Positions 1 through 16,666 of a DNA stretch of 64,000 bases are shown here, in pieces (position 1 is the first letter of the stretch; each line of letters begins with the position of its first letter). A program made the translations under genes and the position numbers. The DNA is from Escherichia coli (GTDB lineage Bacteria; Pseudomonadota; Gammaproteobacteria; Enterobacterales; Enterobacteriaceae): assembly GCF_003334765.1 (NCBI RefSeq), contig NZ_QOWT01000021.1; one strand, written 5' to 3'. The notes beneath the pieces are model-generated. The model saw only the letters and a program-made list of their open reading frames with translations, had not been told where the DNA came from and ran no database searches.

Positions 1-49
1 CGCGAGGCATCGTCTTAACGAGGCACCGAGGCGTCGCATTCTTCAGATG

Positions 50-95
50 GTTCAACCCTTAAGTTAGCGCTTATGGGGAAACATCCCCATATACT
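50..95 (+). promoter_or_regulatory. lon heat-shock promoter region; CCCCATAT (sigma32 -10-like) at 85-92 inside a GGGG-N6-CCCC element at 75-88
   Basis: Motif read directly about 85 nt upstream of the lon ATG; matches sigma32 -10 consensus CCCCATnT. The -35 element was not placed confidently. Confidence 0.5.
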
Positions 96-175
96 GACGT
101 ACATGTTAATAGATGGCGTGAAGCACAGTCGTGTCATCTGATTACCTGGCGGAAATTAAACTAAGAGAGAGCTCT

Positions 176-2530
176 ATGAATCCTGAGCGTTCTGAACGCA
201 TTGAAATCCCCGTATTGCCGCTGCGCGATGTGGTGGTTTATCCGCACATGGTCATCCCCTTATTTGTCGGGCGGGAAAAATCTATCCGTTGTCTGGAAGC
301 GGCGATGGACCATGATAAAAAAATTATGCTGGTCGCGCAGAAAGAAGCTTCAACGGATGAGCCGGGTGTAAACGATCTTTTCACCGTCGGGACCGTGGCC
401 TCTATATTGCAGATGCTGAAACTGCCTGACGGCACCGTCAAAGTGCTGGTCGAGGGGTTACAGCGCGCGCGTATTTCTGCGCTCTCTGACAATGGCGAAC
501 ACTTTTCTGCGAAGGCGGAGTATCTGGAGTCGCCGACCATTGATGAGCGGGAACAGGAAGTGCTGGTGCGTACTGCAATCAGCCAGTTCGAAGGCTACAT
601 CAAGCTGAACAAAAAAATCCCACCAGAAGTGCTGACGTCGCTGAATAGCATCGACGATCCGGCGCGTCTGGCGGATACCATTGCTGCACATATGCCGCTG
701 AAACTGGCTGACAAACAGTCTGTTCTGGAGATGTCCGACGTTAACGAACGTCTGGAATATCTGATGGCAATGATGGAATCGGAAATCGATCTGCTGCAGG
801 TTGAGAAACGCATTCGCAACCGCGTTAAAAAGCAGATGGAGAAATCCCAGCGTGAGTACTATCTGAACGAGCAAATGAAAGCTATTCAGAAAGAACTCGG
901 TGAAATGGACGACGCGCCGGACGAAAACGAAGCCCTGAAGCGCAAAATCGACGCGGCGAAGATGCCGAAAGAGGCAAAAGAGAAAGCGGAAGCAGAGTTG
1001 CAGAAGCTGAAAATGATGTCTCCGATGTCGGCAGAAGCGACCGTAGTGCGTGGTTATATCGACTGGATGGTACAGGTGCCGTGGAATGCGCGTAGCAAGG
1101 TCAAAAAAGACCTGCGTCAGGCGCAGGAAATCCTTGATACCGACCATTATGGTCTGGAGCGCGTGAAAGATCGAATCCTTGAGTATCTTGCGGTTCAAAG
1201 CCGTGTCAACAAAATCAAGGGACCGATCCTCTGCCTGGTAGGGCCGCCGGGGGTAGGTAAAACCTCTCTTGGTCAGTCCATTGCCAAAGCCACCGGGCGT
1301 AAATATGTCCGTATGGCGCTGGGCGGCGTGCGTGATGAAGCGGAAATCCGTGGTCACCGCCGTACTTACATCGGTTCTATGCCGGGTAAACTGATCCAGA
1401 AAATGGCGAAAGTGGGCGTGAAAAACCCGCTGTTCCTGCTCGATGAGATCGACAAAATGTCTTCTGACATGCGTGGCGATCCGGCCTCTGCACTGCTTGA
1501 AGTGCTGGATCCAGAGCAGAACGTAGCGTTCAGCGACCACTACCTGGAAGTGGATTACGATCTCAGCGACGTGATGTTTGTCGCGACGTCGAACTCCATG
1601 AACATTCCGGCACCGCTGCTGGATCGTATGGAAGTGATTCGCCTCTCCGGTTATACCGAAGATGAAAAACTGAACATCGCCAAACGTCACCTGCTGCCGA
1701 AGCAGATTGAACGTAATGCACTGAAAAAAGGTGAGCTGACCGTCGACGATAGCGCCATTATCGGCATTATTCGTTACTACACCCGTGAGGCGGGCGTGCG
1801 TGGTCTGGAGCGTGAAATCTCCAAACTGTGTCGCAAAGCGGTTAAGCAGTTACTGCTCGATAAGTCATTAAAACATATCGAAATTAACGGCGATAACCTG
1901 CATGACTATCTCGGTGTTCAGCGTTTCGACTATGGTCGCGCGGATAACGAAAACCGTGTCGGTCAGGTAACCGGTCTGGCGTGGACGGAAGTGGGCGGTG
2001 ACTTGCTGACCATTGAAACCGCATGTGTTCCGGGTAAAGGCAAACTGACCTATACCGGTTCGCTCGGCGAAGTGATGCAGGAGTCCATTCAGGCGGCGTT
2101 AACGGTGGTTCGTGCGCGTGCGGAAAAACTGGGGATCAACCCTGATTTTTACGAAAAACGTGACATCCACGTCCACGTACCGGAAGGTGCGACGCCGAAA
2201 GATGGTCCGAGTGCCGGTATTGCTATGTGCACCGCGCTGGTTTCTTGCCTGACCGGTAACCCGGTTCGTGCCGATGTGGCAATGACCGGTGAGATCACTC
2301 TGCGTGGTCAGGTACTGCCGATCGGTGGTTTGAAAGAAAAACTCCTGGCAGCGCATCGCGGCGGGATTAAAACAGTGCTAATTCCGTTCGAAAATAAACG
2401 CGATCTGGAAGAGATTCCTGACAACGTAATTGCCGATCTGGACATTCATCCTGTGAAGCGCATTGAGGAAGTTCTGACTCTGGCGCTGCAAAATGAACCG
2501 TCTGGTATGCAGGTTGTGACTGCAAAATAG
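176..2530 (+). CDS. lon: Lon ATP-dependent protease (784 aa)
   Basis: Track ORF 131-2530 begins at a GTG; the known N-terminus [18 protein letters not shown] starts at ATG 176. Walker [10 protein letters not shown] and catalytic Ser motif PKDGPSAG are present. Confidence 0.97.
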   Translation: MNPERSERIEIPVLPLRDVVVYPHMVIPLFVGREKSIRCLEAAMDHDKKIMLVAQKEASTDEPGVNDLFTVGTVASILQMLKLPDGTVKVLVEGLQRARISALSDNGEHFSAKAEYLESPTIDEREQEVLVRTAISQFEGYIKLNKKIPPEVLTSLNSIDDPARLADTIAAHMPLKLADKQSVLEMSDVNERLEYLMAMMESEIDLLQVEKRIRNRVKKQMEKSQREYYLNEQMKAIQKELGEMDDAPDENEALKRKIDAAKMPKEAKEKAEAELQKLKMMSPMSAEATVVRGYIDWMVQVPWNARSKVKKDLRQAQEILDTDHYGLERVKDRILEYLAVQSRVNKIKGPILCLVGPPGVGKTSLGQSIAKATGRKYVRMALGGVRDEAEIRGHRRTYIGSMPGKLIQKMAKVGVKNPLFLLDEIDKMSSDMRGDPASALLEVLDPEQNVAFSDHYLEVDYDLSDVMFVATSNSMNIPAPLLDRMEVIRLSGYTEDEKLNIAKRHLLPKQIERNALKKGELTVDDSAIIGIIRYYTREAGVRGLEREISKLCRKAVKQLLLDKSLKHIEINGDNLHDYLGVQRFDYGRADNENRVGQVTGLAWTEVGGDLLTIETACVPGKGKLTYTGSLGEVMQESIQAALTVVRARAEKLGINPDFYEKRDIHVHVPEGATPKDGPSAGIAMCTALVSCLTGNPVRADVAMTGEITLRGQVLPIGGLKEKLLAAHRGGIKTVLIPFENKRDLEEIPDNVIADLDIHPVKRIEEVLTLALQNEPSGMQVVTAK

Positions 2531-2562
2531 TGACCTCGCGCAAAATGCACTAATAAAAACAG

Positions 2563-2599
2563 GGCTGGCAGGCTAATTCGGGCTTGCCAGCCTTTTTTT
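2563..2599 (+). terminator. Rho-independent terminator after lon
   Basis: GC-rich imperfect hairpin GGCTGGCAGGC...GCTTGCCAGCC followed by TTTTTTT. Confidence 0.7.
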
Positions 2600-2738
2600 G
2601 TCTCGCTAAGTTAGATGGCGGATCGGGCTTGCCCTTATTAAGGGGTGTTGTAAGGGGATGGCTGGCCTGATATAACTGCTGCGCGTTCGTACCTTGAAGG
2701 ATTCAAGTGCGATATAAATTATAAAGAGGAAGAGAAGA

Positions 2739-3011
2739 GTGAATAAATCTCAATTGATCGACAAGATTGCTGCAGGGGCTGATATCTCTAAAGCTGCGGC
2801 TGGCCGTGCGTTAGATGCTATTATTGCTTCCGTAACTGAATCTCTGAAAGAAGGGGATGATGTAGCACTGGTAGGTTTTGGTACTTTTGCCGTTAAAGAG
2901 CGTGCTGCCCGTACTGGCCGCAACCCGCAGACCGGTAAAGAGATCACCATCGCTGCTGCTAAAGTACCGAGCTTCCGTGCAGGTAAAGCACTGAAAGACG
3001 CGGTAAACTAA
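2739..3011 (+). CDS. hupB: Nucleoid protein HU-beta (90 aa), GTG start
   Basis: Full-length match to HU-beta ([29 protein letters not shown]...). Confidence 0.97.
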
Positions 3012-3043
3012 GCGTTGTCCCCAGTGGGGATGTGACGAAGTTC

Positions 3044-3073
3044 AAGGGCGCATCTACTGATGTGCCTTTTTTA
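3044..3073 (+). terminator. Probable hupB terminator
   Basis: Imperfect hairpin GGGCGCATC...GATGTGCC followed by TTTTTTA. Confidence 0.5.
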
Positions 3074-3202
3074 TTTGTATTCGGTGACTTTCTGCGTCTT
3101 GTGGGCTGACAATTGCCCCCGTTTCTTGTCACAATAGGCCTTTGCGCGCATCGATACGTTGCGTGAGGTACACAGTCATCTACAGCGGAGTGTTGTTACA
3201 CC

Positions 3203-5648
<2,446 letters not shown>

Positions 5649-5689
5649 TGACCTCTGTACTTATAACAACAACGTAAGGTTATTGCGCT

Positions 5690-6088
5690 ATGCAAACACA
5701 AATCAAAGTTCGTGGATATCATCTCGACGTTTACCAGCACGTCAACAACGCCCGCTACCTTGAATTTCTCGAAGAAGCCCGCTGGGATGGGTTGGAAAAT
5801 AGCGACAGTTTTCAGTGGATGACGGCCCATAACATCGCCTTCGTCGTGGTCAATATCAATATTAACTATCGTCGCCCAGCGGTATTAAGTGACCTGTTAA
5901 CTATTACCAGTCAGTTGCAGCAATTAAACGGTAAAAGCGGCATCTTAAGCCAGGTCATTACACTGGAGCCGGAAGGGCAGGTGGTAGCGGATGCGCTTAT
6001 TACGTTTGTTTGTATTGATCTTAAAACGCAGAAAGCATTAGCTCTGGAAGGGGAATTGCGCGAAAAGCTGGAGCAGATGGTTAAGTAA
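5690..6088 (+). CDS. fadM: Long-chain acyl-CoA thioesterase III, hotdog fold (132 aa)
   Basis: Sequence MQTQIKVRGYHLDVYQHVNNARYLEFLEEARW typical of the 4HBT/YbgC family; synteny. Confidence 0.93.
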   Translation: MQTQIKVRGYHLDVYQHVNNARYLEFLEEARWDGLENSDSFQWMTAHNIAFVVVNININYRRPAVLSDLLTITSQLQQLNGKSGILSQVITLEPEGQVVADALITFVCIDLKTQKALALEGELREKLEQMVK

Positions 6089-6139
6089 ACGTTTTGTGGT
6101 GCCGGATGCTCAAGCCGCATCCGGCGACACCCGGAATAA

Positions 6140-6835
6140 TTACCTCAACCCGGTTTTCTGCTTCATCGCTGCCATCACCGTCGGTTTATCGGCCAGATAA
6201 TGATTCAAACCGTTGGCGCGTAAATTACATGCCGCACAATGACCGCAACCGTCGCCTTTAAAGCCGTTATAGCAGGTCAACGTTTCGTTACGGACTAAAT
6301 CCAGTTTGCCGTAATAATCTGCCAGCGCCCAGGTTTCCGCTTTATCAATCCACATCAGCGGCGTTTCAAAACGAATATCTTTCGCCATGCCCAAACTGAC
6401 GGCATGGTTTAGTGCTTTCACAAACTCATCGCGGCAATCCGGGTAGCCGGAGAAATCCGTTTCGCAGACGCCAGTAATTACGGCTTCTGCTTTTACCTGA
6501 TACGCATATATTGCCGCCAGCGTCAGGAACAAAATATTACGCCCTGGGACAAACGTATTCGGGATACCATCGGCTTCAGGTTCATAATCAGGCACCGGAA
6601 TGCTGTCACGCGTCAGGCTACTGACCGCCAGCTCGTTGAGCAGGGTGACATCCAGCACCTTATGCGCGCGTGCCCCCAGTTTCAGCGCCAGTTCGCGTGC
6701 CACGTCGATTTCTGCGCGATGCCGCTGACCGTAATCGAACGTCACGCAATGGACTTCATCATATTGTTGTAATGCCTGCACCAGACAGGTGGTGGAATCC
6801 TGACCTCCACTGAACACAACGACAGCACGTTTCAT
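6140..6835 (-). CDS. queC: 7-cyano-7-deazaguanine synthase QueC (231 aa)
   Basis: PP-loop SGGQDS at the N-terminus and C-terminal Zn-binding cysteines CGHCAAC. Confidence 0.95.
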   Translation of the reverse strand: MKRAVVVFSGGQDSTTCLVQALQQYDEVHCVTFDYGQRHRAEIDVARELALKLGARAHKVLDVTLLNELAVSSLTRDSIPVPDYEPEADGIPNTFVPGRNILFLTLAAIYAYQVKAEAVITGVCETDFSGYPDCRDEFVKALNHAVSLGMAKDIRFETPLMWIDKAETWALADYYGKLDLVRNETLTCYNGFKGDGCGHCAACNLRANGLNHYLADKPTVMAAMKQKTGLR

Positions 6836-6899
6836 AGATAATCCTGCTTGAACAATAAAAGCGTTATGGTAACGCCTGCGATTAACCCGGACCAGCTAT

Positions 6900-8600
6900 T
6901 CATTGCGATGGCGCGGGAAGCCAGGCTTCGGTAAATTCAAACCAGCCGCGCGGTGTCAGTCGCACACCGTTCACGCCGGGAGGGGCACTAATGCGATAGT
7001 GATAGTTGAACAGCGGCGTCAGCGTCGCATCTGTCATTAACTGGCTAAAAACCGCTTTCAGGGCATTAAATCGGTTTTCTTCATCAGGCATTATTTGCAC
7101 GGCATCCAGTGTCGATTGTAGATGTGCGTATGCTGGAGCGTCGAAAACATGTGGCCACAGCGGATCGCAGCGCAGCCATTGCTCCAGAGTATATTCCGGT
7201 GCTTCGCCAATTAATCTGTCGCCCATCATGAGGTCTGCGTGTGCCTGTAGGGTCGTGTCGTCCCAGTTTTTTGCGTTATGAAAAATAATTGTGAGTTCAC
7301 AGCCTTCCGCTGCCAGTGTCGCCTGTAGGCGTTCTGCCATGGTATGAAGTTCTATCGGTAGGTGATAAACCAGCGTCAAGGTTTTCGGTAGTTTGACTTC
7401 ATCCGGTACCTGCCAATGCGGAATAGTCCAGCCTGGCAGTAATGCATGACTGGCGGTGATCAGGTTTTCTCCGACTTCTAACGTTTGTAATAAACCGGAT
7501 TGATGAATAATGGAGATCACTTTTCGCGCCTGCCAGAGGGAGAGTCGGGGACTTTTGCGCAACGTCAAATAGCAAAAACCTAAACTGATGCCGCTACTGA
7601 CCTGGCTGACCCGTTGCAGCTCCTCCGGTTTGCCGATGGTGATTTGCACGGGATGCCGACAACTGGTTCCCAAATCTTTTTCGAAAAGCGGCGGAGTTAT
7701 CCAGTACTCAACCGCTTTAAGCAGCGGATGACGTAAATGGTAATAATCATGGCTTTCCAGGCGCACCAGCTCTGCTGTGAATTGTGTTAAGCGAAAAGGA
7801 CCCGTGCCGATCAGTGGGAATTGCGGATGCGCCAGATGGCTGCAATAGCTCGCCAGCCGGTGCGCAAGCCAGTAATCAGGGCGATGTAAAAAGAAGGTCA
7901 GACACTGCGGATGGGTGACTTCAATACGCTTCACGCTAATAAATAATTGATCCAGTGCTGGCAGTTGTAACAGCATCAATAATCGCTGGTGTAAGTGTGA
8001 GGCTTTTACTGCATCGCCGTTATGCCAGTGTAGGGTTGAACGAAGATAAAAGTCCCAGCGTAACCCGTCAGTAGAGGTTTCCCAGTGATGCGCTAAATCG
8101 CCAATCGGGCGCTGAGTATTATTATCGAAGCGGGTCAGGCCGGAAAATATCTGCCCGGCGAGATGCTGCTCGGCACGGCCGGGCAAAAAGCCTGGTTGTA
8201 GCGGTTCGAGCGGGCGATAGTAGGGAATACGCAACGTGGGTGTATCGTTTTGCCATTGTCCGCCCATAAACGGCTGTAACAGAGTGCGCAGCTCACCTGG
8301 GGCCAGTTGCGCCAGCTCCAGCACATCTTGCTGCTTTCCGGTTTCCAGTGCCTGTTCCATCATCGCATTGCGTAGCGATTCCGGCGTGACCAGAAAGCGT
8401 AATTGTCCGCGCTTTCCGCGTCCTGACTGCGCCTGCCACTCCAGCCATCCCGCCTCCTGTGCCTGACGCAACAGCGTACGAACATGGCGTTCGCTGCAAA
8501 AACAGCGTTCGGCCAGTTCGCTGACGGTGACGGTTTGCGGCTTTCCGGCGGAAGGTTGCCACAGACGTTGATACTGGTTAAGACGGTTGAGCAATCGCAT
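6900..8600 (-). CDS. ybaE: SgrR-like protein: N-terminal winged-HTH plus solute-binding-protein-like domain (566 aa)
   Basis: Track ORF starts at a TTG; first ATG at 8598-8600 gives MRLLNRLNQYQRLW. HTH-like segment VTVSELAERCFCSERHVRTLLRQAQEAGWL. Confidence 0.9.
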   Translation of the reverse strand: MRLLNRLNQYQRLWQPSAGKPQTVTVSELAERCFCSERHVRTLLRQAQEAGWLEWQAQSGRGKRGQLRFLVTPESLRNAMMEQALETGKQQDVLELAQLAPGELRTLLQPFMGGQWQNDTPTLRIPYYRPLEPLQPGFLPGRAEQHLAGQIFSGLTRFDNNTQRPIGDLAHHWETSTDGLRWDFYLRSTLHWHNGDAVKASHLHQRLLMLLQLPALDQLFISVKRIEVTHPQCLTFFLHRPDYWLAHRLASYCSHLAHPQFPLIGTGPFRLTQFTAELVRLESHDYYHLRHPLLKAVEYWITPPLFEKDLGTSCRHPVQITIGKPEELQRVSQVSSGISLGFCYLTLRKSPRLSLWQARKVISIIHQSGLLQTLEVGENLITASHALLPGWTIPHWQVPDEVKLPKTLTLVYHLPIELHTMAERLQATLAAEGCELTIIFHNAKNWDDTTLQAHADLMMGDRLIGEAPEYTLEQWLRCDPLWPHVFDAPAYAHLQSTLDAVQIMPDEENRFNALKAVFSQLMTDATLTPLFNYHYRISAPPGVNGVRLTPRGWFEFTEAWLPAPSQ

Positions 8601-8699
8601 ATAAACCCGGAACAATATTATTTAACTATTCACTATTACTTCCGTATATATCAGGTGATACTCAATCACCATTAACCGTGTCACAGAGTGGAGAAAGAA

Positions 8700-9518
8700 A
8701 TGGCTCGTCTGGCAGCATTTGATATGGATGGCACTTTATTGATGCCTGACCATCATTTAGGTGAGAAAACCCTCTCTACTTTGGCGCGACTGCGTGAACG
8801 CGACATTACCCTCACTTTTGCCACGGGGCGTCATGCGCTGGAGATGCAGCATATTCTCGGGGCGCTATCGCTGGATGCGTATTTGATTACCGGCAACGGA
8901 ACGCGCGTGCATTCTCTGGAAGGTGAACTTTTACATCGTGATGATTTACCTGCGGATGTCGCGGAGCTGGTGCTGTATCAGCAATGGGATACCCGAGCCA
9001 GCATGCATATCTTCAATGACGACGGTTGGTTTACCGGGAAAGAGATCCCTGCGTTGTTGCAGGCATTTGTCTATAGCGGTTTTCGTTATCAGATAATCGA
9101 TGTCAAAAAAATGCCACTCGGCAGCGTCACCAAGATCTGCTTCTGTGGCGATCACGACGATCTTACACGCTTGCAGATCCAGCTATACGAAGCATTAGGC
9201 GAGCGTGCACATTTGTGTTTTTCCGCCACGGATTGCCTCGAAGTGCTGCCGGTGGGCTGCAATAAAGGCGCTGCATTGACGGTGCTGACCCAACATTTAG
9301 GTTTATCGTTGCGCGATTGCATGGCCTTTGGTGATGCGATGAACGATCGCGAAATGTTAGTCAGCGTCGGTAGCGGATTTATTATGGGCAATGCGATGCC
9401 GCAACTGCGCGCGGAGCTCCCGCATTTACCGGTGATTGGACATTGCCGAAATCAGGCTGTCTCTCACTATTTGACGCACTGGCTGGACTATCCACATCTA
9501 CCTTATTCCCCCGAATAA
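8700..9518 (+). CDS. cof: HAD-family HMP-PP phosphatase Cof (272 aa)
   Basis: HAD motif I FDMDGTLL near the N-terminus; start set at ATG 8700 ([14 protein letters not shown]); the track used GTG 8688. Confidence 0.92.
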   Translation: MARLAAFDMDGTLLMPDHHLGEKTLSTLARLRERDITLTFATGRHALEMQHILGALSLDAYLITGNGTRVHSLEGELLHRDDLPADVAELVLYQQWDTRASMHIFNDDGWFTGKEIPALLQAFVYSGFRYQIIDVKKMPLGSVTKICFCGDHDDLTRLQIQLYEALGERAHLCFSATDCLEVLPVGCNKGAALTVLTQHLGLSLRDCMAFGDAMNDREMLVSVGSGFIMGNAMPQLRAELPHLPVIGHCRNQAVSHYLTHWLDYPHLPYSPE

Positions 9519-9670
9519 CGAGATCCCTTCCAGCACCGGGCAATTGCCCGGTTTTTTTTGCGTTGAATTTGTCATTTTGTGCCGTGGTGTTTAAACCGCA
9601 CAGAATAAATTGTCGTGATTTCACCTTTAAAATAAAATTAAAAGAGAAAAAAATTCTCTGTGGAAGGGCT

Positions 9671-10129
9671 ATGTTAGATAAAATTGACCGTAAGCTGCTG
9701 GCCTTACTGCAGCAGGATTGCACCCTCTCTTTGCAGGCACTGGCTGAAGCCGTTAATCTGACAACCACCCCTTGCTGGAAGCGCCTGAAACGGCTGGAGG
9801 ACGACGGTATCCTTATCGGCAAAGTCGCCCTGCTGGATCCGGAAAAAATAGGCCTCGGCCTGACCGCTTTTGTGCTGATAAAAACGCAACATCACAGCAG
9901 CGAATGGTATTGCCGCTTTGTCACGGTGGTTACCGAAATGCCAGAAGTGCTGGGGTTCTGGCGCATGGCTGGTGAATACGATTATCTGATGCGCGTCCAG
10001 GTTGCCGACATGAAACGCTACGACGAGTTTTGTAAGCGTCTGGTAAACAGCGTGCCGGGGCTGTCGGACGTCACTTCCAGCTTCGCGATGGAACAGATTA
10101 AATACACCACTTCTTTACCCATCGAATAA
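9671..10129 (+). CDS. decR: Lrp/AsnC-family transcriptional regulator (152 aa)
   Basis: Track ORF is over-extended; ATG at 9671 gives [16 protein letters not shown], the typical Lrp/AsnC HTH N-terminus, with a RAM domain C-terminal. Confidence 0.92.
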   Translation: MLDKIDRKLLALLQQDCTLSLQALAEAVNLTTTPCWKRLKRLEDDGILIGKVALLDPEKIGLGLTAFVLIKTQHHSSEWYCRFVTVVTEMPEVLGFWRMAGEYDYLMRVQVADMKRYDEFCKRLVNSVPGLSDVTSSFAMEQIKYTTSLPIE

Positions 10130-10158
10130 ATATCCAGAATCAGGTCAGGACACAACGC

Positions 10159-13705
<3,547 letters not shown>

Positions 13706-13817
13706 ATAGCGCAATATTTCATCGTTGGTGCAAAAATGTAACGCACTGTGCACTGTCATAGTGCGTTTTCATTTTCAAACTTCTTAACTTCCTGCTCTCT
13801 TTCTCGTTTTTCATTTC

Positions 13818-13833
13818 TGGCACACCGCTTGCA
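13818..13833 (+). promoter_or_regulatory. sigma54 (-24/-12) promoter TGGCAC-N5-TTGCA for glnK-amtB
   Basis: Exact consensus TGGCACaccgcTTGCA about 50 nt upstream of the glnK ATG; inverted CGCACT...AGTGCG element further upstream is a candidate NtrC site. Confidence 0.85.
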
Positions 13834-13885
13834 ATACCTTCTTCGTGTAGCAGAACCATTACCGAATTCTGACCGGAGGGGATCT

Positions 13886-14224
13886 ATGAAGCTGGTGACC
13901 GTGATAATCAAACCATTCAAGCTGGAAGACGTTCGTGAAGCGTTATCTTCCATTGGTATTCAGGGCCTGACCGTCACCGAAGTGAAAGGTTTCGGGCGTC
14001 AGAAAGGGCATGCCGAGCTGTACCGGGGGGCGGAATACAGCGTCAATTTCCTGCCAAAAGTAAAAATTGATGTGGCGATTGCTGATGACCAACTCGATGA
14101 AGTGATCGATATCGTCAGTAAGGCGGCTTACACCGGAAAAATTGGCGACGGCAAAATCTTCGTCGCTGAATTGCAACGCGTCATTCGTATTCGTACCGGC
14201 GAAGCCGACGAAGCGGCGCTGTAA
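13886..14224 (+). CDS. glnK: PII nitrogen regulatory protein GlnK (112 aa)
   Basis: Track ORF is over-extended; ATG 13886 gives MKLVTVIIKPFKLEDVREAL; T-loop uridylylation region GAEY present. Confidence 0.97.
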   Translation: MKLVTVIIKPFKLEDVREALSSIGIQGLTVTEVKGFGRQKGHAELYRGAEYSVNFLPKVKIDVAIADDQLDEVIDIVSKAAYTGKIGDGKIFVAELQRVIRIRTGEADEAAL

Positions 14225-14253
14225 TCTCTGGCACACAGCAACAGGAACGAAAA

Positions 14254-15540
14254 ATGAAGATAGCGACGATAAAAACTGGGCTTGCTTCACTGGCGATGCT
14301 TCCGGGACTGGTAATGGCTGCACCTGCGGTGGCCGATAAAGCCGACAATGCGTTTATGATGATTTGTACTGCGCTGGTGCTGTTTATGACTATTCCGGGG
14401 ATTGCCCTGTTTTACGGTGGGTTGATTCGCGGCAAAAACGTGCTGTCGATGCTGACGCAGGTGACGGTGACATTTGCACTGGTCTGTATTCTCTGGGTGG
14501 TTTACGGTTACTCGCTGGCGTTTGGTGAGGGCAACAACTTCTTCGGCAACATTAACTGGTTGATGCTGAAAAACATCGAACTGACGGCGGTGATGGGCAG
14601 CATTTATCAGTATATCCACGTGGCGTTTCAGGGATCGTTTGCCTGCATTACCGTCGGCTTGATAGTTGGGGCGCTGGCGGAACGAATCCGCTTCTCAGCT
14701 GTGTTGATTTTCGTGGTGGTATGGCTGACGCTCTCTTACATTCCGATTGCGCATATGGTGTGGGGCGGTGGTTTGCTGGCTTCTCACGGTGCGCTGGATT
14801 TCGCGGGTGGCACCGTGGTGCACATTAACGCCGCAATCGCCGGTCTGGTGGGCGCGTATCTGATAGGAAAACGCGTGGGCTTCGGTAAAGAGGCGTTTAA
14901 ACCGCACAACCTGCCGATGGTCTTCACCGGGACTGCCATTCTCTATATCGGTTGGTTTGGCTTTAACGCCGGGTCAGCGGGCACGGCGAATGAAATCGCG
15001 GCACTGGCATTTGTGAATACTGTGGTCGCAACGGCGGCGGCAATTCTTGGCTGGATCTTCGGTGAATGGGCGCTGCGTGGTAAGCCTTCACTGCTGGGGG
15101 CGTGTTCTGGCGCGATTGCCGGTCTGGTCGGCGTGACGCCAGCCTGCGGCTACATTGGGGTTGGCGGCGCGTTGATTATCGGCGTGGTAGCTGGTCTGGC
15201 GGGCTTGTGGGGCGTTACCATGCTCAAACGCTTGCTGCGGGTGGATGATCCCTGCGATGTCTTCGGTGTGCACGGCGTTTGTGGCATTGTCGGCTGTATC
15301 ATGACCGGGATTTTTGCCGCCAGCTCGCTGGGCGGCGTGGGCTTCGCTGAAGGTGTGACGATGGGCCATCAGTTGCTGGTACAGCTGGAAAGCATCGCCA
15401 TTACGATCGTCTGGTCCGGTGTTGTGGCATTTATCGGCTACAAATTGGCGGATCTGACGGTTGGTCTGCGTGTACCGGAAGAGCAGGAGCGAGAAGGGCT
15501 GGATGTCAACAGCCACGGCGAGAATGCCTATAACGCGTAA
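14254..15540 (+). CDS. amtB: Ammonium channel AmtB (428 aa)
   Basis: Signal peptide and multi-TM Amt/MEP family sequence; directly downstream of glnK. Confidence 0.97.
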   Translation: MKIATIKTGLASLAMLPGLVMAAPAVADKADNAFMMICTALVLFMTIPGIALFYGGLIRGKNVLSMLTQVTVTFALVCILWVVYGYSLAFGEGNNFFGNINWLMLKNIELTAVMGSIYQYIHVAFQGSFACITVGLIVGALAERIRFSAVLIFVVVWLTLSYIPIAHMVWGGGLLASHGALDFAGGTVVHINAAIAGLVGAYLIGKRVGFGKEAFKPHNLPMVFTGTAILYIGWFGFNAGSAGTANEIAALAFVNTVVATAAAILGWIFGEWALRGKPSLLGACSGAIAGLVGVTPACGYIGVGGALIIGVVAGLAGLWGVTMLKRLLRVDDPCDVFGVHGVCGIVGCIMTGIFAASSLGGVGFAEGVTMGHQLLVQLESIAITIVWSGVVAFIGYKLADLTVGLRVPEEQEREGLDVNSHGENAYNA

Positions 15541-15550
15541 CAAGCACTGC

Positions 15551-15588
15551 AAAAAACAGCCGGACGGTTTTCACCTCCGGCTATTTTT
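15551..15588. terminator. Bidirectional hairpin between convergent amtB and tesB
   Basis: AAAAAA-CAGCCGGA...TCCGGCT-ATTTTTTT; U-runs on both strands. Confidence 0.75.
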
Positions 15589-16449
15589 TTAATTGTGATT
15601 ACGCATCACCCCTTCCTGAACGGTCGAGGCAACCAGTACGCCGTCTTGGGTATAAAACTCACCGCGCACAAAGCCACGTGCGCTGGACGCCGAGGTGCTC
15701 TCCACGCTATACAGCAGCCATTCATTCAAATTAAACGGGCGATGGAACCACATGGAATGGTCAATGGTGGCAATCTGAATCCCCGGTTCGAGAAAACCGA
15801 TGCCGTGCGGCTGTAGAGCTACCGGCAGGAAGTTAAGATCAGAAGCGTAACCGAGCAGATACTGATGAACGCGCAGGTCATCCGGCACGCTACCATTTGC
15901 GCGGATCCACACCTGACGATGTGGTTCTGCGACGTGACCTTTCAGTGGGTTATGAAACTCCACCGGACGGACTTCCAGCGGACGATCGCAGATGAATTTA
16001 TCTTTCAGCACTGGCGGCAGCAGGTGCGCCAGCGATTGGGCGATTTGCGTTTCCGAAGGTAGGCCATCAGGCGCTGGCGCGGACGGCATTGTTTTTTGAT
16101 GTTCGAAACCCGCTTCTGGTGCCTGGAAAGAGGCAGTCATATAAAAAATCGGTTTGCCGTTTTGAATAGCAGCAACCCGGCGGGCGCTGAAGCTGTTACC
16201 GTCACGCAGCGTTTCGACATCATAAATAATCGGCTTCTTACTATCGCCAGGGCGAAGAAAGTAGCTGTGAAACGAATGTACCAGCCGCTCTTCAGGGACG
16301 GTCTCTTTTGCAGCATACAAGGCCTGACCCACGACCTGGCCGCCAAACACCTGGCGTAAACCTAAATCTTCACTCTGGCCGCGAAAGAGTCCTTCCTCAA
16401 TTTTTTCCAGATTTAACAATGTCAGTAAATTTTTTAGCGCCTGACTCAT
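15589..16449 (-). CDS. tesB: Acyl-CoA thioesterase II TesB (286 aa)
   Basis: Start set at ATG 16447-16449 ([24 protein letters not shown]); full-length match. Confidence 0.95.
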
Positions 16450-16666
16450 ATAACTCTCCAGTAACAAAGCTGCCGCAGCAAGCCAAAGTGAGTTGAGTAT
16501 AACGCAAATTTGCTACTGGTCCGATGGGTGCAATGGTCTGAATTACGGGCTAATTACAGGCAGAAATGCGTGATGTGTGCCACACTTGTTGACGTTACTA
16601 TTTTGTTAACCACTCTTCCGGCGAGGAAAGTTAGCCCGCTGGTGCATTGATAATAAGGAGAAATGA

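Noticed and set aside
131-175. N-terminal extensions of track ORFs (lon from 131, cof from 8688, decR from 9443, mdlB from 11810, glnK from 13748, apt from 32646, adk from 38403, ybaQ from 49452 and others)
   Set aside because: The track accepts GTG/TTG starts and takes the longest frame; the extensions run through promoters and terminators and do not match the known protein N-termini.
458-1690. 410-aa minus-strand ORF antisense to lon
   Set aside because: Lies entirely inside the lon coding region on the opposite strand; the translation is low-complexity, and the Lon protein on the other strand is unambiguous.
16468-16666. Track ORFs in the tesB/ybaY divergent promoter gap (16308-16496 and 16554-16766)
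   Set aside because: Short, overlap flanking genes, with no SD context; the region is better explained as divergent promoters.
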